Below the pieces are notes generated by a model, which was not told the origin of the DNA, searched no databases, and was given only the letters and a program-made list of their open reading frames with translations. A stretch of DNA of 64,000 bases from Felis catus (lineage: Eukaryota): positions 8,620,001 through 8,684,000 of the forward strand of contig NC_058369.1 in the NCBI RefSeq assembly GCF_018350175.1. Direction: 5' to 3'. Positions 25,801 through 36,900 of the stretch are shown piece after piece (position 1 is the first letter of the stretch; each line of letters starts with the position of its first letter). The translations under genes and the position numbers were made by a program.

Positions 25801-28800
25801 GCTGGACACACTTTGAATGCCCAAGAAATGGTACCTGTGATATGTGTAATGATGCCTGTCCTGCAGCCGACGGGGAGGAAAGTGTCCTCCCCGTCTTCCA
25901 AGCTGGGACATGAGGAGGCGGCCCCGAAGGGTCCTTGGGCCTAGGGGGGTTGCCTGGGGCCTCCCACCCAGTGACGACCACGGGCAAATAGGGACACCAC
26001 CAGCAGCAGCCTCTCCAGTCATCTCCCTTCCCACACTTTGGGATATGGAGGTCACACACTTAGCTTGGCCCATGCCTCTGACAACTGTAACCGCTTTCCA
26101 GTGGTGACTTAGCCTTTTGTGTGGGAGCTGGGGATGGCGGAGGCACCCCCACTGGGCACAGCACACGTTCCAGTCCCCTCTGGGACCTTTCCCGCCCCCA
26201 CCCCTCCCCCCTCCGCAGGCCTGGCTGTGTCCCTGGGCCCGCAGTGCCCCTACCTCCCTGCCATGGCCCCACTGGGCCTGTCCCCTGCCTTCCCATGAGA
26301 CCATGGGCTACGTGGGGGCACGGCTGGGTCTGTCCTGCCCCGCACAGCCCCTGGCCCGTGGTGCCTGAGCATGAGTGAGGGAACGCACAACAAAGCCTCT
26401 TACTCCCAACACCCATCCCATCCCCCCCCCGCCCCGGCTGAAGCCCCACTTACTTTTCTTCCGCTTTGGCTTTTTGGGGACCTGCTCCCAAGGCTTCCTG
26501 TAAGAGAGAGAGGCAGGGGGAGTAAGCACAGGGCCTGTTCTATTTCCCAGGGGTCTCCACTCTCTCCTCCATGGACACCAGCCCTTAAAGGTGGTCTAGC
26601 ATCTCCACGCATTTCACCACGTGGGAGAATGAGGCTCAGAGGAGTGAGGCTGCCTGCCCAGGGGCCCATGGCCGGGGAGCGGAGAAGTCAGAAAAGGGGT
26701 ACAGAAAGCGTGGCACGCGGAATTCTCAGCTGGCCCCACGACTCCCATGCCCGGGGGCACACGCCCTGCAGAATCCTCTGCCCATGAGCGGGCGGCCTGA
26801 GTATATGATGGGATACCACCCCCTGGGGCGAGGTGACTTGGAATGAATCAGGAGGAAGCGTTCCCAGGTGGGCCTGACCTAATCAGGGGAACCTTTAAAC
26901 GGGCCCCGCTGCAGTCAGAGACTGTAGGCCGAGAATATGGGAGGTCCAGGAGGGGCCAGGACCTGAGAACAGCCTCTGGGAGCTGAGAGCAGCCCCGGTC
27001 AACAGCCAGCAAGACCGTGGGGACCTCGGCTGTGCAACCCAGGAGGAAATTAAGTCAGCCAACGCTCTGAGGGTGTCTGCAAGCAGCTCTTTCCTTAGCT
27101 GAGCGTCTAGATGAAGACGCAGCTGGCTGAAACCCTGATTTGGGCCTTGTGAGACCCTGAGCAGAGGATCCAGCTAAAACACGCTGGGCTCCTGACCCAC
27201 AGAAATGTGACATCATTTGTGATTTTAAGCCACTAAGTCTGTGGTCGTTTGTCACACAGCAATAGAACATTTGCGGAGTCGGCCTCAGAACCTGCACTGC
27301 CCCATCCGGGGCCCTGCGGATCCTGCCCGCCCCCCCCCAACCCCAGGCAGGCTGAGAGCCCTGGGGAGACTGCCAGACCCAGCCAGGGGGGCTGGTACTG
27401 CTAGGGACCCTGCCCCCGACCCTCACTGCCCGCTGTATGTAGGCCCCAGCCCAAGGTGCTGCCCCCTCTATCAGTCCCGCCCCGGGGAGCCAGCTCAGGT
27501 CCAGATGCCCTGGCCATCACGCCCACCCGCCTCTGGGGCCTTCCCCACTTTGGCCGGGGCCCAGCACCCTAACTGCTGTGTGCCCCAGTGACCAAGGCGT
27601 CAGGGAGCCCTGGGCAAGGCCGGGCCCAAACCCACCCCCCCTGCCCCAAGGCCTCCCACACCAGGAAGGCCGCCAGAACTGCCAGGTGGGATCCTGACCC
27701 CCTATAGGCTGCTTGGCCGTGGCCCAGCACTGGGTCTACACGTGCTGAGGGCGGGTGCTTTGGAGTAATCTCCCCTGGACCCACTAGGGGCCTTCACCCG
27801 CCTTCCTGACACCACGCTTCTGGGTCTGCCCACGCACTCTGGCTACTTCCTCATCCTCCCTTCTCTACACTGCAGTGGGTGGCCCCGAGACCCTGCGTGA
27901 CCTTGCCTCCCCGTGCCTCAGTTTCCCCATCTGTAGCATGGGATCGTAACAGTACCTGCCTCGTGGGGCTGGCATGAGGTGACGCGCACTGGAAGAGCCT
28001 GGTGTAGCCCCTCGCACTGGGTAACCGCTCAGCATAGCGATGGTCTCACCGTGACCATCAGCGTTATCACAGCGTCTGGCCCTGGAGCGCCAGCCTCCCT
28101 GCCATGGCCCAGACCCTGCTCTCACCGCAAATGTCCTGACAGCCAGTCCAAAGTCTCTTGTCAGCTTCCCCACCCACCCCATCTGACCCCCGTCCAGCCT
28201 GATGACAATTCTCAGTCCCCACACCCCACGTCTGGTCCGAGGACAGCTCCCCAGGCTTTGGCCTTGTCCCAGCCTCTGCACCCCCCACCCCGCCCCATCC
28301 CAGATGCCCTCCACCCCCTCCCATGACTCTCCCCTCCCTTCCCCTCCCCTGCTCTCCAAGGGGGCAGGCCGGCCACCCAGATCCTCATCCAAACCCAAGT
28401 CCAAATGCCCACGGCCCCCTCCCCGCACTCACAGCCTCGCCGTGACTGGGGTGCTGGGAACGCCACTTAGTGGTGGGGACAGGCTCGGGTGTCAGTCAGA
28501 TCTGAGTCCAAGTCTCATCTCTGCTGTCGACTAGCTGTGTGACCGCGAGTGGGTCTCGTCCTCTCTGAGCCTCAGTGTCCCCACCTGCGAAGTGGGGAAA
28601 ACAGCGGTGCCTCTCACACAGAGCCGCTGTGGGGATTCAATGGGGCCAGACTATGTTCTTTCTCCCCCAAACTGCCGTCCCTCCCTTTGCCCGCTTCTCC
28701 GCGTTCTACCGCCTACGCGACGCCCTGTAGAGGCCACCTGCGCGTGAGGACAGTTGTGCCCAGTAGCTCTCCTCCGCTCTCCTCTGCCATTTGCTTTCAC

Positions 28801-31800
28801 GCTTGACCCCTCATCCCCACCCGTGTCCAAACACACCACCAGTTCCACCCCGGACTTAAATAATCTTGAGCCCCTTCTCTGCCAACTTCTGCCCATTCCC
28901 CTGCCCCCGCTTGGGAGCCGTCTATGTGCGTGCAGTCTTCCTGTCTTCTCCCCCATCTCCCTTGAACCCCTCCGTTCAGGGTTTTCTCCCCCAAGCCACA
29001 AACTGCCCTGTTCCAGCCGCCTGTGGATCCTTCCAGGGGCCTCCAGGACGCTGCCCCGCCGGGTCCTCCACACGCCTCCAGGCCTCTGCTCCTCCCCTGT
29101 GACCCTGACTTCTCTAAGCGCAGAGAGCGAAACCGGGGCTCAGACCTGCGTGTCTCCCCACTCGCCCTTGGCAACCTCGGTCACCAGGCCATCACGGCGC
29201 TGTGGGTCCCAAATCCGGATCTCCCACCCGGCCCTCTCCCGACCGCACCACCACCACCAGCCCTCTCTGACACTACGTGCAGGGGTCCCCAGACATCTCA
29301 CACGGGAGCCGTCCTACGGTCCCGTGACCTGCCCTTTCTCAGTTAACGGCACCTGCAACTTCCCAGGTGCTCAGGTCCAAACCTGGGGCATCTCGCGTCT
29401 CCGCACCTATCGGCAAACCCTGTTGGCCCTAATTCTAACCACTTCTCTCCACCTCTGCACGGCCCCGCCTGGGCCCGGCCCTGTCAGGACTCACCTGGAC
29501 CAAGGTGGTCGCCTCGACATAGGGAACACAGCCTCAACGTAGGGGTCAGCGGGATTATTTTGATTGTCTTGTTAACAGTTTAAGATGTAAAAGGAAAAAT
29601 CCACACACATACAAGGCTAGAGAGAAGAGTGAACCTCCTCGAGCCCCTCACCAGCCAAGGTCCGAGGACCTTCGACGGCAGCCAATTCTCAGCCAACCTT
29701 GTTTCAACTCGCATTTCACCCAATCCTCCTGCCACACAGCCCCTAGGGAGTGCCTCTGTTAAAACCTAAGCCAGGTATGTGACCTCTTTGTCCAAAATTC
29801 TGCACTTAACAAAAGCAAAAAATCCTATCAGGCCCCCTACTTCACCGAGAGGAAAAGCCAGAGTTCTCCATGCCGTCCACAAGGCTCTGTCACCTTCCTG
29901 TCCTCACTTTCCCCACTTTTCATCTTCTCGTTGCACTCCAGCCACATGGGCCGGCTCGCTGCCCCGTGTACACACCAGGCCGGGTCCTGCCTCAGGGCCT
30001 TTGCACTGGCCAATCCTTTTTCCTCATTCTTCCCCCAGGTATCTGCACAGATCTCCCTGGCTCCTTCATGAATGCCGTCCTCTCACTGTGGCCCAGCCTA
30101 GCACCCTAGTTAAATCTCCAGCACACACCCCCCCCATTTCACTTTTGTCTTTTCCATGGCCCCTATCGATCTCTCACAACCTCCACAATTTAGCAAATTA
30201 TAGTAATAGAATTTAGTATTTCTAGTATAGTAATGCAATTTAGAATAATAAATAATAGTAAACATGTAGTAAGTACAGTAGACAAGGCTTTGCACAGTGG
30301 ACAAGTCTGCCCTCTGCCCTTTAAAATGGCAGCTCCGGGGGCGCCTTGGGTGGCTCAGTCGGTTAGGCGTCTGACTTTGGCTCAGGTCACGATCTCACGG
30401 CTCTTGAGTTTGAGCCCCGCGTCGGGCTCTGTGCTGACAGCTCGGAGCCTGGAGGCTGCTTCAGATTTTGGGCCTCCCCCTCTGCCCCTCCCCCGTGCAT
30501 TCTCTCTCTCTCTCTCTCTCTCTCAAATAAACATTAAAAAAATTTTTTAACTGGCAGTTCCATCAGGCAGTGATTTTTTTTGTGTTGTTCCTTTCTGCAC
30601 CCTCCGCACCTCTGCAAGTGTCTGGCATATAGTAGATACTGAATAAACATCCCTTAAACGAATGACACCAGCGACTCCACGACTGACCATCGTTTCCCTT
30701 TTCCCACTGGTCGCTAGGAAGCTCTGAGGCAAATTCATGGCCTCTTCTCCATTCCCACTTCTTCGCATCTTTGAACTCTGGTCAGGCTTTTAACTTAACA
30801 TGCCACAAAAGTGCCCTCTGTCGTGTCCCCTGTGACTTAGGCCTCAATCCAATAGCACTGATCCTGGCCCCCCTGTATCCCTCTTTTTCCTTTCTCTTTT
30901 CATCCCAGTTCTCATTTCTGCCTTCTGGTCCATGTTTACAGAGTCTTGAACCGAAATCCTTCCAGGCAGAAGGCGGTTACAATTAAGTGAGCAGACAAAA
31001 TTACGGGCCCCCTATCTATGGACACCCCTCACTCAGGTTATTGTATTTTCCCGACTACCCACGTGTCCCAGGGCCCGGTTTTTGTCAGGCACTGCCTGGG
31101 CTGTCTCAGTGTCCAGGCCCCAGTCCTGCATGACTTACACAAACCAAGCTACTGCAAATAGCACTTTCAGCTTAGGGACCTTCAAGGGCTCCCTCTGGCC
31201 AGTGGTCCCCAGCTCCACCTGCACATGTCTCCCTGGAAGCTTTGCAGAAAAAAATACAAGGTCTGCAACCCCGCTCAGACTAGCTGAATCAGAAACTCCA
31301 ATAATGCAACATGAGCTTGAGTTTTTGAAATGCCCAGCATTTCCTGCTCCACTCTTGGGCATATAAACCAGTCTGCCACCCAGGGAGGGCGTGGATGCAA
31401 TTCAGAAGGATCTGGTGGATTCTTGGCCATCAGAATCTTCCCCTAGGGAAACATGCCAATGTATGCAAACAAAAACCAGGGCACTGCAAGGATTCCGTCG
31501 CGGCACTGCTTGTGACAGCGAACAAGTATCATTATAACGACTAATACTTGAGGTGCTCACTATGTGCCAACCATGTGCTAAGCCTTTTGTTGTATTTTAA
31601 CTCATTTAGTCGTCACACCGACCTATAAAGCAGGAAGGGAAAAATTCCATCCACACCGCTCCTTCTCAAGATGGAGATTCCGCAAAGACCTCTGCCCTCT
31701 ACCTGAGCCGCTAACTTGGGGCTTCCTCTTCACCTGAGTCTCTATGGGCTAAGGTGCTCCCCAGGAGCCAAGACGTTTAGAGAATGAGATCTGGATCGTG

Positions 31801-32652
31801 AGGAGTCTTCCCATGTCTGGGGTGGAAGGTTGTGGGAATGAGGCCACACACAGTCTCAGATGGAGTGCCAGAACCTTATACGGGACAGGGACACCCCCAG
31901 GGTGTCCAGTCACAGTCTCAGACTACAACCTAAGGGTTTTAGAGAATGAGGCTTGTGAGATCCCAAGGACCAGCAGGGAAGAAGGGGCATTGAGGCCTCA
32001 GGAGGCGGGGCCGCCCCTCCGGGGACTGGGCAGTTAGAACGCTTGGAGGTGGGCTCTGTACTAGGATTGGGCAGCCAGAAATCTAACGGGAGGGGCCAAG
32101 CGTCAGGAGGCGGGTCGAGAGGCTGGGCGCATCCCAGGATTGGGCAGTCGGAAAGGCGGGAGGCGGGGCCGCGAGCCAGGAGCGTCCCAGGACCGGCGGT
32201 AGGAGACCCCGGCCGGCAGCCCGGACACTGGGCGGGGCTCACAGGTGCCGTGGGCGGGGCCGTGGACAGAGGGGGCGGGACCACGCTCGGCGGGGAATGG
32301 GGGCGTCTCCTCCCTCGCTCGCTCCCTCCCTCCCTGGGGCCGGGCCCCCTCACCCGTGGCGGCCGCTACGCTGGCCGCGCTCCAGCGAGATGAGATAGGC
32401 TGCGAGCTTGGCGTCGCTCCAGCCGCTGCGGCGCCGCAGGTCCACCCAGGGCCCGTGCGCCTCGCCCAGGTACACACGCCGCACGTCGTACTTCTTCCGG
32501 GACTCGAGCCGCCGCCGGGCTCGGTCCGATTCCGTGAGCCGCGGCCGACCCCGCGCCTTGCGGCCCGCCGCGCCCTCCTCGGCCGCCGCCTCCCCGCCTG
32601 CGCCCGCCTCAGCCTCCGCCTCCGCCTCGGGCTCCGGCGCCCGCTCCGCCAT
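16677..32652 (-). CDS. ZNF653: Zinc finger protein 653, complete spliced CDS, 616 aa (AT-hook-like GRPR, acidic region, 5 C2H2 fingers)
   Basis: join(32354-32652,26454-26497,24459-24674,19437-20051,19125-19296,18912-19023,17716-17830,17091-17190,16677-16854) = 1851 nt; GT-AG and phase-consistent; MAERAPEPEAEAE...RKARGRPRL...FHCPYEGC...HTGETPLQCEICG...DHKPA*. Confidence 0.95.
17091..17190 (-). CDS. ZNF653: ZNF653 exon 8 (ZF3)
   Basis: VREFTCETCGKSFKRKNHLEVHRRTHTGETPL; ag/gtgagt. Confidence 0.95.
17716..17830 (-). CDS. ZNF653: ZNF653 exon 7 (ZF2)
   Basis: NHVNLVHRKGKTKVCPHPGCGKKFYLSNHLRRHMIIHS. Confidence 0.95.
18912..19023 (-). CDS. ZNF653: ZNF653 exon 6 (ZF1 start)
   Basis: RRRSKRTRVMDADGLLEMFHCPYEGCSQVYVALSSFQ; ag/gtgagg. 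Confidence 0.94.
19125..19296 (-). CDS. ZNF653: ZNF653 exon 5 (acidic)
   Basis: KEDLYVLKKEEKEEP...DGSDMSAIIYEIPKEPE. Confidence 0.92.
19437..20051 (-). CDS. ZNF653: ZNF653 exon 4 (615 nt)
   Basis: GNGLAASSSD...GLITQEGVHIPFDVHHVESL...IETKK; ag/gtctgg. Confidence 0.93.
20350..21310. mobile_element. Old ERV LTR (MER21-like), interrupted by a minus-strand Can-SINE at about 20630-20838
   Basis: Resemblance to MER21 consensus from memory (ggatcccacagg..aagggctcag..., gttctgtgccaggaacc); approximate ends. Confidence 0.6.
21670..21905 (-). mobile_element. Can-SINE
   Basis: Reverse head and poly-T. Confidence 0.9.
22168..22410 (+). mobile_element. Can-SINE with short internal duplication
   Basis: Head plus repeated tcacggcttc / gttcgag blocks. 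Confidence 0.85.
24459..24674 (-). CDS. ZNF653: ZNF653 exon 3
   Basis: RRNVNCLKNVVIWYEDHKHRCPYEPHL...WQCEAGHRYFQDL...SDK. Confidence 0.93.
26454..26497 (-). CDS. ZNF653: ZNF653 exon 2 (44 nt, KPWEQVPKKPKRKK, NLS-like)
   Basis: tacag|GAAGCC...AAAA|gtaagt; phases fit both neighbouring exons. Confidence 0.9.
26710..27265 (+). mobile_element. Old MaLR (MLT1-type) LTR
   Basis: gggcctgacctaatca..., ends tttgtcacacagcaatag; approximate ends. Confidence 0.6.
30337..30547 (+). mobile_element. Can-SINE
   Basis: Head, (CT)n, A tail. Confidence 0.9.
32354..32652 (-). CDS. ZNF653: ZNF653 exon 1 coding part
   Basis: gggATGGCG Kozak context; MAERAPEPE...GRPRLTESDRARRRLESRKKYDVRRVYLGEAHGPW...; gtgagg donor. 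Confidence 0.93.
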
Positions 32653-32659
32653 CCCCCCC

Positions 32660-32830
32660 TCCCTGGTTACCAACCTCCCCCGTTGTTAGGAGCCCGGCCG
32701 GAAGTGGCGCGCATCTTCCGCGCCGACGGGAAATTTCTCATGGACTTTCACTGCCCCACGGCGCCAAAAGGAGAACGGGAGCAGAAACTGCGCATGCGCG
32801 CGACAAGCAAGGGCTAGCAACGGCCAGTTC
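32660..32830 (-). promoter_or_regulatory. ZNF653 TATA-less CpG promoter (ETS CCGGAAGTG 32698-32706, NRF1 TGCGCATGCGC 32789-32799)
   Basis: Motifs read directly; CpG island about 32080-32800. Confidence 0.7.
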
Positions 32831-33159
32831 TTTTATTCCTTTCCTCCGTTAAACTTTCTAACTTCTCAGAGACCGAGGGAAGGGCTGAGGTTTGAGTCCA
32901 GCTTCGGGAAGAAAGACCTAGATGGGCCCGTAGACCCTGGGAGGTAGGGGCTCCTCTCCCCACGACTTATTCCGAATGCATCCTGAGGGTGACAAGGGAA
33001 GGGTGGGAGCTGTCAGGTGAAAACAAAGGGAAAGCTTGGGGTCTGGTCTGTCAGTCCCGGATGCCGCAGACCCCTTGAAAAACCAGGCCACCAAACATTA
33101 AAGGGGCAGAGACGCCACGCTGTCAGAGAAGAGAGGAGGCCGCCCCGAGCCGGAAAACT

Positions 33160-33165
33160 TTTATT
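33160..33165 (-). terminator. ECSIT polyadenylation signal AATAAA
   Basis: AATAAA on minus strand about 70 nt after the ECSIT stop. Confidence 0.8.
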
Positions 33166-33234
33166 TGCTGTACATTCAAAGGGCACCTCATGCTATTACA
33201 CTAGTCCACAGTTTGTGCTGGTGACCAATCAGCC

Positions 33235-33485
33235 TCAGCTCTGTCCCTGCTGCTGTCGCTGCTGATTGTTTTCCTCTTCTTCCTGGCCCTCTGGTGGGGG
33301 CGGGGGCGGCTCCTCCAGTCCTGAGGAGGTCGCCAGGAGCTCCCCGGTGGACCCCGCCAGGCGGAAGACCACGGGGATCTGGGCCAGGCCTGGGTTGGTC
33401 TCCTGCAAGCCCTGGATCCACCTGGCCAGCGTGGCCTGGTCGTGGGCACCCGCCACGCATATGGCGAAGACAGGGCCTTCCTCCA
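33235..33485 (-). CDS. ECSIT: ECSIT last exon
   Basis: [42 protein letters not shown]...GQS*. Confidence 0.94.
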
Positions 33486-33880
33486 CTGTTGGGAGAAACA
33501 GGCGCTCAGAGTTTGTGCCGTGGGGATTGGAGCAGCGCCCCCGTGCCTGCACCCCTTCCGGGCCACAGGCGGACGTTTCTTGCGCATCCAAGGCTTTGCA
33601 CAAGATATCCCCTCTGTCTAGACTGCCAATCCCATGCTTCACCTAAGTGATGCCTCCTGGTTCTTTGACATTCCACCAGGAAGTCCTCCCCACATCCCAC
33701 CTGAAGCCTGGTGCTCCTCCCCTTAGGCCCCAAGAATATAACTTGACTTGCCTGTTCCCCCACTGGCCAGAGCTGCCTAAGGGCAAGGACTGAGCCTGTC
33801 CTGGTCACACTCGGTAGCCAGCACAGAGGTGTTCCATGACCCAGGGCTGACAGGCCTGGAGCCCCTGGGGAGTGAGGTAG

Positions 33881-33923
<43 letters not shown>

Positions 33924-36900
33924 CGTACTTGGGCATCTGCTGGGTCTGCATGTGGCGACTGGGCTAGGTCTCAGCCTGGGTGCCAGCCTTCCACCCCAGA
34001 GGCCTCACCTCAGCTGGTGTTTGGTGCCCATCCCAGTTGTACCTTTATGGATGTCAAACTCGTAGTCATCCCAGCCGCTCCTCCCATAGTCCAGGTCCAG
34101 CTGCATCGGGTAGTAGAGATTCCATTCCTCTGGAATTTCCTCCGCTTCCTACCCGGGGAAGGGGTGCAGGCAGTCAGAGGCCCAGGATCTCGCAGCCGGC
34201 TGAAGCCTATCCCCCCACGCCGGGGGCTATCCCTCCCTTCCCCTTCCCCCCTGCACCTCTGAGATCTCACATGAGCCCTCAGGGTGGTGCCAGCCCACCC
34301 CCACCTCACACACACTCATGCCCCCCACTCAAGCTTTGGGCTCTCACCCTCTCCTCCGGGGGCAGCAAGTCAGCTCTGAGGATGTGATAATAGACACATT
34401 TGTCTCGGAGCCACAGGGAGAAGGGGCCCTCGACGAAGATAGGCCGGGCTGGGTTGTGGTGGGCCAGGGCAGCCTGCTGATCGGGAGTCTGGATGCCTGG
34501 TATGGAGACACACGTGCCCAGGGAGCCCTGGCTGAGGGGCTCTACCCGGAGGCCCATGGAGCCCACCCAGCAGGCCTGGGGAGAACCCAGCCACCCCAGG
34601 CCAGAGCCTTACCTACAATGTGGGACTCAGTGGCATCTGCCGCACCTGTGGAGTCTTTGGCAGAAGGCATCTGCAAGGAGAAGGAGGGGTGGAAGGAAGC
34701 TTGTGGGCCCCAGCCCCCCCTACAGGGGAGCTGGGGGGAGAAATGGGGAGCGGGAGGTCCCGGCCAATTCAGGGCTCCTCTCAGCCTCCTACCCGTCGAC
34801 TCAAGCCCATCCCTTGTTCATTTCTATCCACTTGGGCAAGAGCCGCTGACATTGAAGATGGGCACACAGAGGGGACCCTGGCGCCCGCCTACCTGCGCTA
34901 AAATCCACTCTGCCACAGGCTGTGTGACTGTGGCTCAGCCAACGTACCTGGATGCTTCCGTTTTCTCCAGATGCAAAATGGGGATGACAGCACTTAATTC
35001 GGAAGGTCCCAAAATGCTGAGAACAGGGCCTGGCACGTACTAAGGGCTCTGTGCTTGTGACGGTTTAAAAAGAAAAACAATTTCACATGCACAGTGTGCT
35101 CCTGAGGAGACACAGGAAGCAAATCAGGGTTTGCCTCTGCAGAAAAGTGGGAGGAAAGGAAATCCCTTTTATATCTTTTTGATGTTACATACTGCCGTGA
35201 TTCAAAAAACCAGATGAAATTTAATTAAAAAAAAAAAAACGCATCTTGGGGTGCCTAGGTAACTCAGTCCCACCGACCACCTGACTTGATTTCAGCTCAG
35301 GTCATGATTTCGTGGTTCTTGAGTTCGAGCCCTGCTTTGGGCTCTTCCCTTCTCTCTCTGCCCCTCCCCCACTCACGTGCACCCGGGCGCGTGCGCGCAT
35401 TCTCTCTCTCAAAAAGGAAACTTAATGGGGCGCCTGGGTGGCGCAGTGGGTTAAGCGTCCGACTTCAGCCAGGTCACGATCTCGCGGTCCCTGAGTTCGA
35501 GCCCCGCGTGGGGCTCTGGGCTGATGGCTCAGAGCCTGGAGCCTGTTTCCGATTCTGTGTCTCCCTCTCTCTCTGCCCCTCCCCCGTTCATGCTCTGTCT
35601 CTCTCTGTCCCAAAAATAAATAAACGTTGAAAAAAAAAATTTAAAAAAAAAAGTAAACTTAAAAAAAATGCATCTATTCTTTGATTGAAATGTCTGAGAG
35701 CTTACAACTATTGCAACACATATCATCCATCCTTTCAAATTAAAAAGAACAGAGGTGAATAGGTATGGACATAGAACAAGCTCCCAGTCATATTCTTAAA
35801 TAAAAACAGCAAAAGGCAAGGTGCAGAACACGGGTAGAATGCTGCTTCATTGGAGAAACGTTTTGTTTTTTTTTTTTTTTTTTAGGTTTGTTTATTTCTT
35901 TTGGGAGAGACTGAGACAGCACGAGTTGGGAGGGGCAGAAAGAGAGGGAGAGAATTCCAAGCACGGCCGGCACAGATCCCTCCGTGGGGCTTGAACTCAC
36001 AACTGTGAGATCACGATCTAAGCCGAAACCAAGAGTCGGAGGCTTAACTGACTGAGCCACTCCAGTGCTCCAGAGAAACATTTTTAAAGCAGAAGTTTTT
36101 GGGGGAGGAGCGGGGTGAAGGGGAGGGAGGGAGACACAGTGTATGTTTTGCTCCTGGGCCTTTTTACTGAAAAATATAATTAGTCTGATTTTTTAATACG
36201 GATTTTTCATTTTAGATTTCACACGTGTTTCTTCTTTCTTTAGCATTTTGATTGTATATTTTTCTTTTTCTCGCACACTAAAAATCTTGGTTCCTGTCAA
36301 CAGTAGCACCTTTACTTATCCATCAAAATACACAGTTTGGATATTACTGCTAACCATAACGCTGTGGGACTTAAGCTTGGGATTTCTCTACAGATTTGTG
36401 TGTTCTTAGAATAGATGCCACAGAGGATGGGCAGTTGGATGACTGACTCAGAAGAACTTTTTGTCTCAGTGGTTCTGCCATCAAGGAGATGTTTCGTCCG
36501 ATCCCTTTTGTTTCTGTTTGTTGCCAGTATGGTGGTTCCCCCTCCTCCCCATTTCTTTGATTTTGTTTTAAATACGCTAAAACATCGGGGTGCCTGGGTG
36601 GCTCAGTCAGTTAAGTGTCTGACTTCCCTTCAGGTCATGATCTCACGGTTCGTGGGTTCGGCCCCGCATCGGGCTCTGGGCTGACGGCTCGGAGCCCGGA
36701 GCCTGCTTCAGATTCTGTGTCTCCCTCTCTGTCTGCCCTTCCCCCGCTCGTGCTTTGTGTCTCTCTCTCAAAAATACATAAACGTTAAAAAAAATACACT
36801 AAAACATTTACATAGTTGAAATGTCGATCCATTTTAAACAGATGTCTCTCTTCCACTCCTGTTCTCTCTACCCCATCTCTTCTACCTGCCCAGAGATAAT

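Noticed and set aside
33235..33320. Poly-Pro/Glu/Gln tail of ECSIT
   Set aside because: Ordinary variable low-complexity C-terminus
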